The notes: generated from the sequence alone by a model not told the origin. A stretch of 64,000 nucleotides of DNA from Candidatus Oxydemutatoraceae bacterium (GCA_965219575.1 OZ244779.1:1800352-1864351); one strand, 5' to 3'. Counted from the first letter of the stretch, positions 10,227 to 19,582 are shown. A program made the numbers and translations.

Positions 10227-10979
10227 GGTACTTGACTAGTTTAGGGACAAAATCCCACTCAAATATCCCTTACCATCTTCATTAGCATATCATACTTTTG
10301 GGAGGCTGAAAGGTGCCTGTGATTGAATCGCCACTCGCATTCTTTTAGATGAAGATGGAAATGTTTTCTCGACACGCCGCAGAACTTTGTTAATCTCCTT
10401 TTTGCCCATCCCCAAAAGTTTTCAATGCCATTGATATGTCTAGTACCACTGCCCAGTGTCTTTGAATGATTGATGCGGTAGTGTTTGTATCCATTCAACA
10501 CCAACCCGCCATAAGCTCTCCATTTGTCTGTGTATATAGTACTCTGATGTCCCACTAAACGCTTGATAATAGGTCGTATCCCGCTCTTTGAAGCATTTCG
10601 TATCACCTGCGTATAGACCTTCCCATCTCTTTTTAATATGCCGAATACCGGTACTTTGTTCGGTGCACCTCTACCTCTTTTGTCTCCCTTTTTGCGACCA
10701 CCGAAGTAGGACTCATCCAACTCTACCTCGCCGGAGAATACGCTCGTCTTCTCGCAGTGTTGTGCAATTCTTTCTCGGATTATATTGACATATCTATTCA
10801 CTGTATTTCTATTGACCCCGGCTGCTTGTGCGATTTGGGTTGCACTCAAATCAAGGGCAAAATACCTTACAATTTGCCTTATTTTCCTGTTTGAAATATG
10901 TGCCCCTCTAAAATGCCTGTTAGGTGTTGTCATTACTAGTTATTTTATCAAATCGTACTCCCTAAACTAGTCAAGTACC
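10227..10979 (-). mobile_element. IS1595-family insertion sequence, 753 bp. It has perfect 21-bp terminal inverted repeats GGTACTTGACTAGTTTAGGGA. An 8-bp target-site duplication TAATTAAG lies at 10219-10226 and 10980-10987.
   Basis: The inverted repeats were read directly at 10227-10247 and 10959-10979. The flanking 8-mer is identical on both sides. The single internal ORF is an IS1595-type transposase. Confidence 0.9.
10259..10933 (-). CDS. IS1595-family (ISXO2-like) transposase
   Basis: 224-aa protein with an N-terminal HTH region (ATQIAQAAGVNRNTVNRY). It carries the characteristic YTDKWRAYGGL and INGIENFWGWAKRRL motifs of IS1595 transposases. Confidence 0.85.
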   Translation of the reverse strand: MTTPNRHFRGAHISNRKIRQIVRYFALDLSATQIAQAAGVNRNTVNRYVNIIRERIAQHCEKTSVFSGEVELDESYFGGRKKGDKRGRGAPNKVPVFGILKRDGKVYTQVIRNASKSGIRPIIKRLVGHQSTIYTDKWRAYGGLVLNGYKHYRINHSKTLGSGTRHINGIENFWGWAKRRLTKFCGVSRKHFHLHLKECEWRFNHRHLSASQKYDMLMKMVRDI

Positions 10980-13264
10980 TAATTAAGATACAAAGTATAA
11001 ATAACAATCTGTGTTGTTTCACCACCATTCTCAACCTCAATGGTGATTGCAGTTATCCCGTCGGTGTTTAACGAAATCATACTACTCTCATCACCACTAT
11101 CTATAGCTATACCTCTAGCTTCTTCATCAGCCCTAATATAAACCTTGGCATCGGGATTTACTGTTATTGGTCTGAACCGGATTGTGCTTGTACTATGAAC
11201 TACCGTTCCTCTGTAGCTCGGCAATATCACATCAAAATCAGGCAATAAATCGCCTTCCACTAATTGCAATTCACCCAAACCATACCTCAGTGCAGGCGAC
11301 AACAAACTACCACAGACAGGTAAATCTGTTGCAGTATCACTTACACTACGACATTCGCTAATATCCGTGTTAGGATTATCCGTATATTTGAGCACCGGGT
11401 ACTGGCTATCAGTGCCGAAATCCCAATTCGTGTTACTCCATTCGTAATAGGGTTTGCCGGGGTCTGTGCCTTGTGCACTTTCTGCTTTCAATTCCACCGT
11501 GGTTTTACTCGTGCCACCGTCACTTATCTTTATTCCGCTGGTATTTATATCCCAGTAGCTACTCGTGATAGTACCATCATTATTCCGACCGATTAAACCG
11601 CCTACACCATTACTCCCTTCAACAGAACCCGTCGCATAGCTGTTTGCGATGGCACCACTAAAATAATTCTGACCGACTAAACCGCCTGCATTGCCGTCCC
11701 CTGAAACAGAACCCATCGCATAGCTGTTCGTGATGGTACCGCCGTTCTCACCGACTAAACCGCCTACATTAAAACGATCCCCAATAACAGAACCCGTCGC
11801 ATAGCTGTTCGTGATATTGCCGCCCCTATTACCACCGACCAAACCGCCTACATAGTCATCTCCTGAAACAAAACCCGTCGCATAGCTGTTCGTGATATTG
11901 CCGGCACTATTATCACCGACTAAACCGCCTACACGACCACTCCCTGAAACAGAACTCGTCGCATAGCTGTTCACGATGGTGCCGCCGTTCTCACCGACTA
12001 AACCGCCGAAACCGAAGATATCGAAGAAACCGCGAAGATCACTACTCCCTGAAACAGAACCTGTCGCATAGCTGTTTGTGATGGTGGCACCAAAACGATT
12101 CCGGCCGACTAAACCGCCAAAACCGGCTAAACGACCGAAACCGCCGAAATCGAAGAAATCGCGAAGATCACCACTCCCTGAAACAGAACCCGTCGCATAG
12201 CTGTTCACGATGGTGCCGCCGTTCTCACCGACTAAACCGCCGAAACCGACTAAACCGCCGAAACCGACTAAACCGCCGAAATCGCGAAGATTACCACTCC
12301 CTGAAACAGAACCCGTCGCATAGCTGTTCGTGATAGTGCCACCGTCATTCCTACCGACTAAACCGCCGAAACCGACTAAACCGCCGAAATCGAAGAAATC
12401 GCGAAGATTACCACTCCCTGAAACAGAACCCGTCGCATAGCTGTTCGTGATAGTGCCACCGTCATTCCTACCGACTAAACCGCCTACACTGCTACTCCCT
12501 AAAACAGAACCCGCCGCATAGCTGTTCGTGATTGTGCCACCGTCATTCCTACCGACTAAACCGCCTACACTGCTACTCCCTAAAACAGAACCCGTCGCAT
12601 AGCTGTTCGTGATTGTGCCGCCATTCTCACCGACTAAACCGCCTACCCCATTGCTAAAACCTCCGATTATATTTACATTTAGTAAGCCCAAATTAGCGAT
12701 TTCAGCACCACCGTCCGTACGACCAAACAAGCCTATTTGACCTGTGCCACCTCTGGCAATCGTAAGATTAGAAATCGTAAAATCGTTGCCTTCAAACCAA
12801 CCGCTGAAAGCATTAGAAAAGTCCCCGATCGGCTGCCAACCTGCTCCCGTAGTCCATATAACCTTGTTAGCTGTTGAACTATAGCTGTCATCGTCGTTAA
12901 AATCTAAGTTTCTTTTCAATTCATAGCCTCTGCAGATATCATTAGGGCAGCCTTCAGTAATCCCCGTCGCCCCGGCGGTTGCTTTATAGCTGGTGCCGTC
13001 CGGTTGAAAGCGGATTGCATTTAAGGTTTCCAAATCGTTGATATCTATCAGCCCGTTGCCATCGGCATCTACGACGGTATTAGTTTGAGCAACTATGTTC
13101 GTGCTGAATAGTGCGAGTAGAATAATCAACAAGAGGGTTTTCATGGAAATTATATATATTGTAAATACTGGGATTGTACAGCCAATATGCACACATGGGA
13201 CTGTTGAAAAAGTACCGCTCTGCACGAATTCAACCGCTTTTCGCCACATAATTATCCAACCCAC
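10979..13264 (-). CDS. Giant adhesin, 5' (N-terminal) portion. It has a Sec signal peptide, a dockerin-like segment, GLUG-type repeats and a cadherin-like beta-sandwich domain. It is terminated by a stop codon created at the IS junction.
   Basis: The N-terminus MKTLLLIILLALFSTNIVAQT looks like a signal peptide. Its architecture matches the modules of the 285-10178 fragment. The stop codon TAG spans the target duplication and the first base of the IS inverted repeat. Confidence 0.85.
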   Translation of the reverse strand: MGWIIMWRKAVEFVQSGTFSTVPCVHIGCTIPVFTIYIISMKTLLLIILLALFSTNIVAQTNTVVDADGNGLIDINDLETLNAIRFQPDGTSYKATAGATGITEGCPNDICRGYELKRNLDFNDDDSYSSTANKVIWTTGAGWQPIGDFSNAFSGWFEGNDFTISNLTIARGGTGQIGLFGRTDGGAEIANLGLLNVNIIGGFSNGVGGLVGENGGTITNSYATGSVLGSSSVGGLVGRNDGGTITNSYAAGSVLGSSSVGGLVGRNDGGTITNSYATGSVSGSGNLRDFFDFGGLVGFGGLVGRNDGGTITNSYATGSVSGSGNLRDFGGLVGFGGLVGFGGLVGENGGTIVNSYATGSVSGSGDLRDFFDFGGFGRLAGFGGLVGRNRFGATITNSYATGSVSGSSDLRGFFDIFGFGGLVGENGGTIVNSYATSSVSGSGRVGGLVGDNSAGNITNSYATGFVSGDDYVGGLVGGNRGGNITNSYATGSVIGDRFNVGGLVGENGGTITNSYAMGSVSGDGNAGGLVGQNYFSGAIANSYATGSVEGSNGVGGLIGRNNDGTITSSYWDINTSGIKISDGGTSKTTVELKAESAQGTDPGKPYYEWSNTNWDFGTDSQYPVLKYTDNPNTDISECRSVSDTATDLPVCGSLLSPALRYGLGELQLVEGDLLPDFDVILPSYRGTVVHSTSTIRFRPITVNPDAKVYIRADEEARGIAIDSGDESSMISLNTDGITAITIEVENGGETTQIVIYTLYLN
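12229..12282. repeat. In-frame 18-bp microsatellite, unit accgactaaaccgccgaa, three copies here encoding (GGLVGF)n. Shorter tracts of one or two copies lie nearby.
   Basis: Direct tandem copies are seen in the DNA. The protein reads DFGGLVGFGGLVGFGGLVGENGG. Confidence 0.75.
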
Positions 13265-13269
13265 CTGTA

Positions 13270-13560
13270 GGGGCAGTATAAAGCCGCCGATTGAGCCGGT
13301 AGGTCAATCGGCAACTCTGATGTCTGCCCTTAAGTACCGTCCAGAATAACCGTAACCGCTTGTGCCATTTGGTTTTGGTTTCCATAAATCGGGTGGATGA
13401 ATGTATAAATCGTGCCGACCAACGCGTTGCGGGCGGACATGTCGTAGGGGCGGACTTACATGTCCGCCTGCCCCTACAGTCCATAAAATACTTTTTCAAC
13501 AGCCCCACATACCATAATAGAAAATATCTTACGGCTTTAATACTAGTTATTGTTTCTGAG
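13270..13560. repeat. Mosaic intergenic repeat array made of modules A (CCGATTGAGCCAGTAGGTCAATCGG palindrome), B (GTAGGGGCGGAC...GTCCGCCC palindrome), C (catccaatttatggaaaccaaaacc...gcgcaagcggtt) and D (ggctgttgaaaaagt).
   Basis: The same modules recur at nine or more other loci in the window. Confidence 0.8.
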
Positions 13561-13849
13561 CTCATTTTTCTCTATATCGTTTATCGGCACCCAACCCGAC
13601 ATGGTGTCAGGCGATTGCTACAAATAACCAAACTTAGGATACTCCCGTTTATTTCCTTATCGGGTGTTATATTCACGGGTCGCCCGACATGGGCAAAGTT
13701 TGGTTTTTGTAGCATGAGATATAATAGCATAGTTATAGAAAATTATTGTACATTTGCATGATGTTGTATTATGCCATGACATATTGAACAAATGTTGTAT
13801 AATTGCTATCCAATATGGACAATGACCCCAACTAATAGAAATAAATCGA

Positions 13850-15121
13850 ATGAAGACTTTTGACAATGCAACCTGTCCGTTTTGTGCTTTGACATGCGAT
13901 GACTTAAGCGTTAAAAGCAACAACGGTAAACTCATCGTAGACGAAGACTTGCCGACATTTTGCCGTGCGAGCTATGAAAACGCATCTCAAATCTCTACGA
14001 CCAAACCTCGCTATAAAGGCAAAGAGATTACGCAAACCGAGGCTGTTGCCGAGGCGAGTAAAATGCTCAAACAAGCTAAACGCCCTTTGTTCGGCGGGCT
14101 GATTACCGACATACAAACGATGCGTGCGTTGGTGCCTCTGGCTAGGCAGTGCAATGCAACCTTAGATCACTTAGACAGCGATAAAACTTTACGCAATCTT
14201 AGAATAATGCATGGTTTCGGCATCGTCGGTGCCACACTCTCGGAAATACATCGCCGTGCCGATTTGCTTATCTTTGTAGGCAGTCGTTTATTCGACGATT
14301 ATCCACGATTACTTCAAAGAGTTTATAAGAATAAAACTCAAAAAAAATCGGTTTTAATCGGTCCTTGGCAACGCGAGAACATACCGGATATTTTGAAGGC
14401 GGATTGCGATATCGTGAATACCCCACCCGAAGCATTCCCCGATGTGATACAAAAGCTCGGGATGTATATCGATAGACAATTCGAGCAACACGAGCAACAC
14501 TCGAAAGCCGAGCCTCAAAACGATAAAGACGACGGCACGCTCTATGCAAAACTCGCAGCCGATATAGAACGCGCCGAGTATCCGGCTTTTGTTTGGTCGG
14601 CCAAAGATATGGATTACTCGCATGCCGATCTAGGCATCCTGCTACTCGCCCGAGTAATCAAAAAAATAAACTTAAGAAAACGTTGCGTCAGCTTGGTATT
14701 GAGCGGTAATCGCGGTGCGGGTAACACGCAGAGCGTTTGTTTATGGCAGAGCGGTTATCCCGGGTGTCTATCGTTTAATTCGGAACAGGCATACTACAAC
14801 CCGCTACATAACCGCACGCCCGAAATACTAAAAAACCGCCGTGCCGATCTACTCGTTTGGATTGCTTCCATCCATCCCGAACCGCCGCCGCCGAGTGACT
14901 TGCCGACGATCGTTTTTGCACATCCTAAGATTGCCGAAGGATTAACAAACGATTTAGTCGTGCCGTGCGGTGTCCCCGGCGTAGACCATACCGGCTATAG
15001 TTATCGCACCGACGGTGTTATAATACTGCCGCTACGCAAACTGCGAGACAGCGCACTTCCGGCATTGCACGAAATGCTACAAGACATACAACTTCAACTG
15101 GGTCAACAAAATGATGATTAA
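13850..15121 (+). CDS. fhcB: Formyltransferase/hydrolase complex subunit B (homolog of formylmethanofuran dehydrogenase subunit B)
   Basis: N-terminal CPFCALTCDDL and WQSGYPGCLSFN...YYNP match the FwdB/FhcB family. Confidence 0.85.
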   Translation: MKTFDNATCPFCALTCDDLSVKSNNGKLIVDEDLPTFCRASYENASQISTTKPRYKGKEITQTEAVAEASKMLKQAKRPLFGGLITDIQTMRALVPLARQCNATLDHLDSDKTLRNLRIMHGFGIVGATLSEIHRRADLLIFVGSRLFDDYPRLLQRVYKNKTQKKSVLIGPWQRENIPDILKADCDIVNTPPEAFPDVIQKLGMYIDRQFEQHEQHSKAEPQNDKDDGTLYAKLAADIERAEYPAFVWSAKDMDYSHADLGILLLARVIKKINLRKRCVSLVLSGNRGAGNTQSVCLWQSGYPGCLSFNSEQAYYNPLHNRTPEILKNRRADLLVWIASIHPEPPPPSDLPTIVFAHPKIAEGLTNDLVVPCGVPGVDHTGYSYRTDGVIILPLRKLRDSALPALHEMLQDIQLQLGQQNDD

Positions 15122-16736
15122 ATTAACCGGCGGCAAGATTTACGATCCGCTCAACGGGGTCGACGGTACGGTTGCCGATCTTTATATAAAAGATGGAAGA
15201 ATTATTCCGCCTCCGAACGACACCGACAAATATACCGTATACGATATCGCCGGCAGCGTAGTGATGCCGGGGGCAATCGATATACATACGCATATCGGCG
15301 GCGGCAAAGTCAATATCGCCCGCTGTATGATGAACGATGTACACGGAGCAGGCTGCGAAGGCGATGCGCTCGACACTCACAATGCCGGTATCCGCTATGC
15401 CGAGATGGGATACACCGCCGGTTTCGAGCCGGCAATGCTCGCTTGCAATGCGCGGCAAGCGCACTTGGAGATGGCCGATACACCCTGCGTCGATACCGGT
15501 GCTTATATCATGGTCGGAAATACCGATTTGTTTTTGAAATTGCTGGCAACCAAAGCCGATCCCAAAACCATACGCGACTATGTCGCTTGGATGATAGACA
15601 AAACCCAAGCGATAGCGGTTAAAATAGTCAACCCCGGCGGCATCAACGCGTTCAAGTTCAATCAGCGCAAGCTCGATATAGACGAAGCCTCGGTTCCTTA
15701 CGGTGTAACACCGCGTCAAATCGTGGAATGTCTGACGCGAACACTCAACGAACTCAATACACCGCACCCTTTGCATGTCCATGCCAGCAACTTGGGGGTG
15801 CCGGGAAATTATAGAACGACGCTTGATACGATCAAGGCTGCCGACGGTTATCCGATGCATCTGACGCATATACAATTTCATAGCTACGGCACCGAGGGTG
15901 ACAAACGCTTTTCGTCCGCTGCCGCCGAGATCTCCGAAGCTATCAACAACAATCCACATCTGACCACCGATGTAGGGCAGATTATGTTCGGTCAGACTGT
16001 CTCTACATCGGGAGATAATATGATGCAATACGCACACCATCCGCATGCCTCACCGGATAAATGGACGGTGATGGATATAGAAGCCGAAGCCGGTTGTGGG
16101 GTGGTGCCGTTTCATTACCAAGATAAAAAATTCGTCAATGCGCTACAATGGGCTATCGGCTTGGAAATTTTCCTATTAATCAAAGATCCGTGGCGTGTTT
16201 TCTTGACCACCGACCATCCGAACGGTGCACCTTTCACGAGTTACCCGCACTTGATACGCTTACTGATGGATCGCAGTTATCGCATCGATATGTTCTCGAG
16301 ATTACACCCCGAAGCCAGAAAAATGTCAACTTTAGACAGTATCAAAAGAGAATATTCTCTGTACGAAATTGCCGTAATGACCCGCGCAGCACCGGCGCGT
16401 AGTTTGGGGCTTCGCAATAAAGGACATTTAGGGGTCGGTGCCGATGCCGATGTCGTCGTCTACATACCCTCGCAAAATGTAGAGCAGATGTTTGCACACC
16501 CGCGTTATGTATTCAAAAACGGGGAATTGATGGTCAAAGACGGCAAGGTAATAAAAATACCGCCTTCTTACACCCATGTCGTTAAACCCGAATACGACTC
16601 CGGAATTGAGAAAATTATCAAGGCGCACTATGAAGACTATCGCACCGTCGGTTTCGAGAACAGTCAAATTAGTAATACCGAGATGGCCGAACAAATAGGC
16701 AGCCCTGTTGTCGAACACCCATGTCGAACCCCATAG
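15111..16736 (+). CDS. fhcA: Formyltransferase/hydrolase complex subunit A (FwdA-like amidohydrolase)
   Basis: PGAIDIHTHIGGGKVN metal-binding amidohydrolase motif. 541 aa. Its stop overlaps the start of the next gene. Confidence 0.85.
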   Translation: MMIKLTGGKIYDPLNGVDGTVADLYIKDGRIIPPPNDTDKYTVYDIAGSVVMPGAIDIHTHIGGGKVNIARCMMNDVHGAGCEGDALDTHNAGIRYAEMGYTAGFEPAMLACNARQAHLEMADTPCVDTGAYIMVGNTDLFLKLLATKADPKTIRDYVAWMIDKTQAIAVKIVNPGGINAFKFNQRKLDIDEASVPYGVTPRQIVECLTRTLNELNTPHPLHVHASNLGVPGNYRTTLDTIKAADGYPMHLTHIQFHSYGTEGDKRFSSAAAEISEAINNNPHLTTDVGQIMFGQTVSTSGDNMMQYAHHPHASPDKWTVMDIEAEAGCGVVPFHYQDKKFVNALQWAIGLEIFLLIKDPWRVFLTTDHPNGAPFTSYPHLIRLLMDRSYRIDMFSRLHPEARKMSTLDSIKREYSLYEIAVMTRAAPARSLGLRNKGHLGVGADADVVVYIPSQNVEQMFAHPRYVFKNGELMVKDGKVIKIPPSYTHVVKPEYDSGIEKIIKAHYEDYRTVGFENSQISNTEMAEQIGSPVVEHPCRTP

Positions 16737-17641
16737 AAGGTATCACTATCAACGGCGTAGAAATAGAGAATACCTACGCCGAGGCTTTCGGCATGAGAGC
16801 GACCCGCATCATTATCACTGCGATCAACTACAAATGGGCGCATTATGCGGCAAGCACGACGGTCGGTTTTGCAACTTCGGTGATAGGTTGCAATGTAGAA
16901 GCCGGTATAGAACGCCGCTATAAATCCTCCGAGACACCCGACAGCAGACCGGGCTATTCGGTTTTGCTGTTTGCGACTTCCACCGAAAGTCTAAGCGATC
17001 AACTGACGCGACGAGTCGCTCAATGCGTGCTGACCTGCCCTACCAGTGCGGTATTCTCCGGCATGGCCGGCGAGCGCAGAATTGCACTCGGACGTTATGT
17101 TCGTTATTTCGGAGACGGTTATCAGTCTTCCAAAGTGATAGGGGGAACACGCTATTGGCGGGTGCCGGTGATGGACGGCGAGTTTATCTGCGAGGACGAT
17201 ACCGGCGTGGCATCGGGAATCGGCGGCGGTAATTTTTTGATCTTTGCTCGCTCGTCGTCGCAAGCCCTACAGGCATGCGAAGCCGCAATCGATAGCATCT
17301 CGGACTTGCCGAATCTTGTTCTGCCGTTTCCCGGCGGCGGTGTGCGCTCGGGATCCAAGGTCGGCTCTCGCTATAAGTTCCTCGGCGCATCTACAAACGA
17401 ACAGTATTGTCCTACCTTAAAAGGCATTGTTGATAGCAAACTGCGCGCCAATACCGGGGCGGTGATGGAAATCGTGATAGACGGGCTCAATGTGCAAGAC
17501 ATCATAGATGCGATGCGAGTCGGCATTACCGCAGTCTGCGAGTTGGGATTATCCGAGGGAATAACGACAATCTCGGCGGGCAATTACGGTGGAAATCTAG
17601 GAAAATATCAATTTCATTTGTGGGAGATTATAGGCGCATGA
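16721..17641 (+). CDS. fhcD: Formylmethanofuran--tetrahydromethanopterin N-formyltransferase
   Basis: The N-terminus MSNPIEGITINGVEIENTYAEAFGMRATRIIITA is the typical Ftr start (INGVEIEDTFAEAF). Confidence 0.85.
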   Translation: MSNPIEGITINGVEIENTYAEAFGMRATRIIITAINYKWAHYAASTTVGFATSVIGCNVEAGIERRYKSSETPDSRPGYSVLLFATSTESLSDQLTRRVAQCVLTCPTSAVFSGMAGERRIALGRYVRYFGDGYQSSKVIGGTRYWRVPVMDGEFICEDDTGVASGIGGGNFLIFARSSSQALQACEAAIDSISDLPNLVLPFPGGGVRSGSKVGSRYKFLGASTNEQYCPTLKGIVDSKLRANTGAVMEIVIDGLNVQDIIDAMRVGITAVCELGLSEGITTISAGNYGGNLGKYQFHLWEIIGA

Positions 17642-18453
17642 GACTCACATTAACATCTTCTCCGACAATGCGCATCAATGCCGAGACGCTCACACCCGAT
17701 TATTGCAATAGCCTCTCCGCCGAGCAACTGGCGAAGCAAACACTACCGAGTTCGGAAGGCGATATTGCAGTAGGCGACTTATTCAACATAGAAGAGGACT
17801 CAAGCAGAAGTTTATTGATTAGCGGTGACTGCACCCAGTTCGATTATGTGGGTGCAAAAATGAAAGCAAACCAGATCAAAGTGGAAGGTTCGGTAGGCGA
17901 TTATGCGGCAGCCGCTTTGGACGGCGGACAGTTGGAAATTACCGGTGATGTCGGTCACTATACCGCATGTGGCATGTCCGGCGGCACCGTCATCGTCGAG
18001 GGCAATGCCGGCGATGCAACCGGCGGTGCTTCTATAGGTGCGGTGCAGGGAATGTCCGGTGGCACCGTACTAATCATGGGTGATGCCGGTGATCGTACCG
18101 CCAATTTGATGCGTCGCGGTCTGATCGTCGTGCGCGGCAACAACGGAGACTACGGTGCGACACACATGAAAGCCGGCAACCTCGTCGTGCTCAAACAAAA
18201 CGGCAGTCGCTGTGCTTACGGTATGCATCGCGGCACCGTGCTACTCGGCGATGCGAGTTCCGCCGAGAAGCTCGGCGATACCTTCATCGGTCAACCCTCT
18301 AATTACAATATGGATTTTTTGATACTACTTTACAAGCATATCGGTCAACTGGTGCCGGCGTTTCAAAACCTCCCCCGCAAGAAGTTAATCCGAAGATACA
18401 TCGGCGATTTCGCCGTCGGTGGTAAGGGTGAGGTGTTGGTGCCTTATGCTTAG
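17638..18453 (+). CDS. fhcC: Formyltransferase/hydrolase complex subunit C (FwdC-like beta-helix protein)
   Basis: Repeated GxAGDxxGxxMxGGxIxVxGNAGD units. The start ATG overlaps the fhcD stop in an ATGA arrangement. The ORF track instead proposes an earlier start at 17620. Confidence 0.8.
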   Translation: MRLTLTSSPTMRINAETLTPDYCNSLSAEQLAKQTLPSSEGDIAVGDLFNIEEDSSRSLLISGDCTQFDYVGAKMKANQIKVEGSVGDYAAAALDGGQLEITGDVGHYTACGMSGGTVIVEGNAGDATGGASIGAVQGMSGGTVLIMGDAGDRTANLMRRGLIVVRGNNGDYGATHMKAGNLVVLKQNGSRCAYGMHRGTVLLGDASSAEKLGDTFIGQPSNYNMDFLILLYKHIGQLVPAFQNLPRKKLIRRYIGDFAVGGKGEVLVPYA

Positions 18454-18459
18454 TAGAAC

Positions 18460-18800
18460 GGCTGTGCAGACATGCCGGGGCTGTTGAAAAATACCGTTTG
18501 GCACGGATAATGTTTTTATACGCAGTTTATACACAAAATTTAAGTTTACCTACCGTAGGGGCAGACTAACATGTCTGCCCGTAACGAATTGCTCCTGCAT
18601 GATTTATACATTTATTCATCCAATTTATGGAAACCAAAACCAAATGGCGCAAGCGGTTGAGGCTGTGCAGAACGGCAATTTAGGGCGGACATACAAGTCC
18701 GCCCTACAGTTGGTTTGCGTAATTAGATGGCGCAAGCGGTTGCAGTTGTGCAAAAACAGTACTTTTTCAACAGTCCCACGCTACAACTACCTCGTCGGGG
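18460..18800. repeat. Mosaic intergenic repeat array (modules D, B, C, B-like, C, D)
   Basis: ctgttgaaaaatacc, gtaggggcagactaacatgtctgccc and catccaatttatggaaaccaaaaccaaatggcgcaagcggtt were read directly. Confidence 0.75.
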
Positions 18801-18812
18801 GAATGGTTCGTG

Positions 18813-19508
18813 TTACTCTTTCTCACTCTTGAGTTCCATCACGACATCTACCAGCACCGCAATAATCAAATTTAAGATAGTAACAGAACCGATTGCAATA
18901 AAGCTATAAAGGTATATCCACGCCCACCAGTGCACCGCTTGCAACGGCAGAAATACCTGTTCCCAACTCGATAGTGTGAGTACTTGGGTTAGTGTGAATA
19001 AAGCGGTTGCAATATCCTTCCAGCGTTCCGGGTCGGTGAACTCGAACAGCAACGAACCCGCCGCTGCGTAGATATACATAATGATGAACAGCAACAGACT
19101 CGTATAAAGTATACGCGGCAAAGATTTGAGCAAACATTCAATGAGTACTTTTAATTCCGGCATCACCGAGATAATACGCAGTACTCTAAAGATACGCAGT
19201 AAGCGTGCGATTAATACCGAAGGACCCGGGCCTATGGGAACCAAAGAAACCGCAACGACAACCGTATCGAATACATTCCAGCCGTCTCGGAAAAAAGTTT
19301 TTTTATGCGGTTCACCGACAAAACGGATTATGATTTCAATCAAAAAGAAAATTGTCACGCTTTGGCTCAATGCCGAAATAATAACTTTGTATCTATCCTC
19401 CAGATTAAAAGTGTCGGCACCGATCAACAAAGCCGAGGCAATGATTAGTGCCACGACGATTATTTGAAAAGTTTTGCTCTCTCGGATGCTGTTAAATAAA
19501 ACGACCAT
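18813..19508 (-). CDS. Six-TM voltage-gated ion channel of the Ion_trans family, resembling bacterial NaChBac/BacNaV channels
   Basis: S4 segment LLRIFRVLRIISVM has Arg at every third position. The pore segment FTLTQVLTLSSWEQ resembles the TLESW filter of BacNaV channels. There are six hydrophobic segments. Confidence 0.6.
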   Translation of the reverse strand: MVVLFNSIRESKTFQIIVVALIIASALLIGADTFNLEDRYKVIISALSQSVTIFFLIEIIIRFVGEPHKKTFFRDGWNVFDTVVVAVSLVPIGPGPSVLIARLLRIFRVLRIISVMPELKVLIECLLKSLPRILYTSLLLFIIMYIYAAAGSLLFEFTDPERWKDIATALFTLTQVLTLSSWEQVFLPLQAVHWWAWIYLYSFIAIGSVTILNLIIAVLVDVVMELKSEKE

Positions 19509-19582
19509 TTTTTCTGTTTAAGGTGATTAGCGGTATAATATCGCAAATTAGTTAAATTTCAAATATAACAACGGAGGAAATT

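Noticed and set aside
13230-13761. ORFs 13230-13565, 13360-13761, 30268-30633, 30567-30776, 42014-42223, 43177-43464, 46637-46959
   Set aside because: They lie entirely within the mosaic repeat arrays. Their 'proteins' repeat between loci only because the DNA repeats. No start context or domains.
15123-16046. 307-aa minus-strand ORF inside fhcA. Similar antisense ORFs lie inside yhdH (48415-49011), ptrB (51258-51860, 52173-52589) and pfp.
   Set aside because: They are opposite well-supported conserved genes. There are no recognisable motifs. High-GC antisense frames are commonly open.
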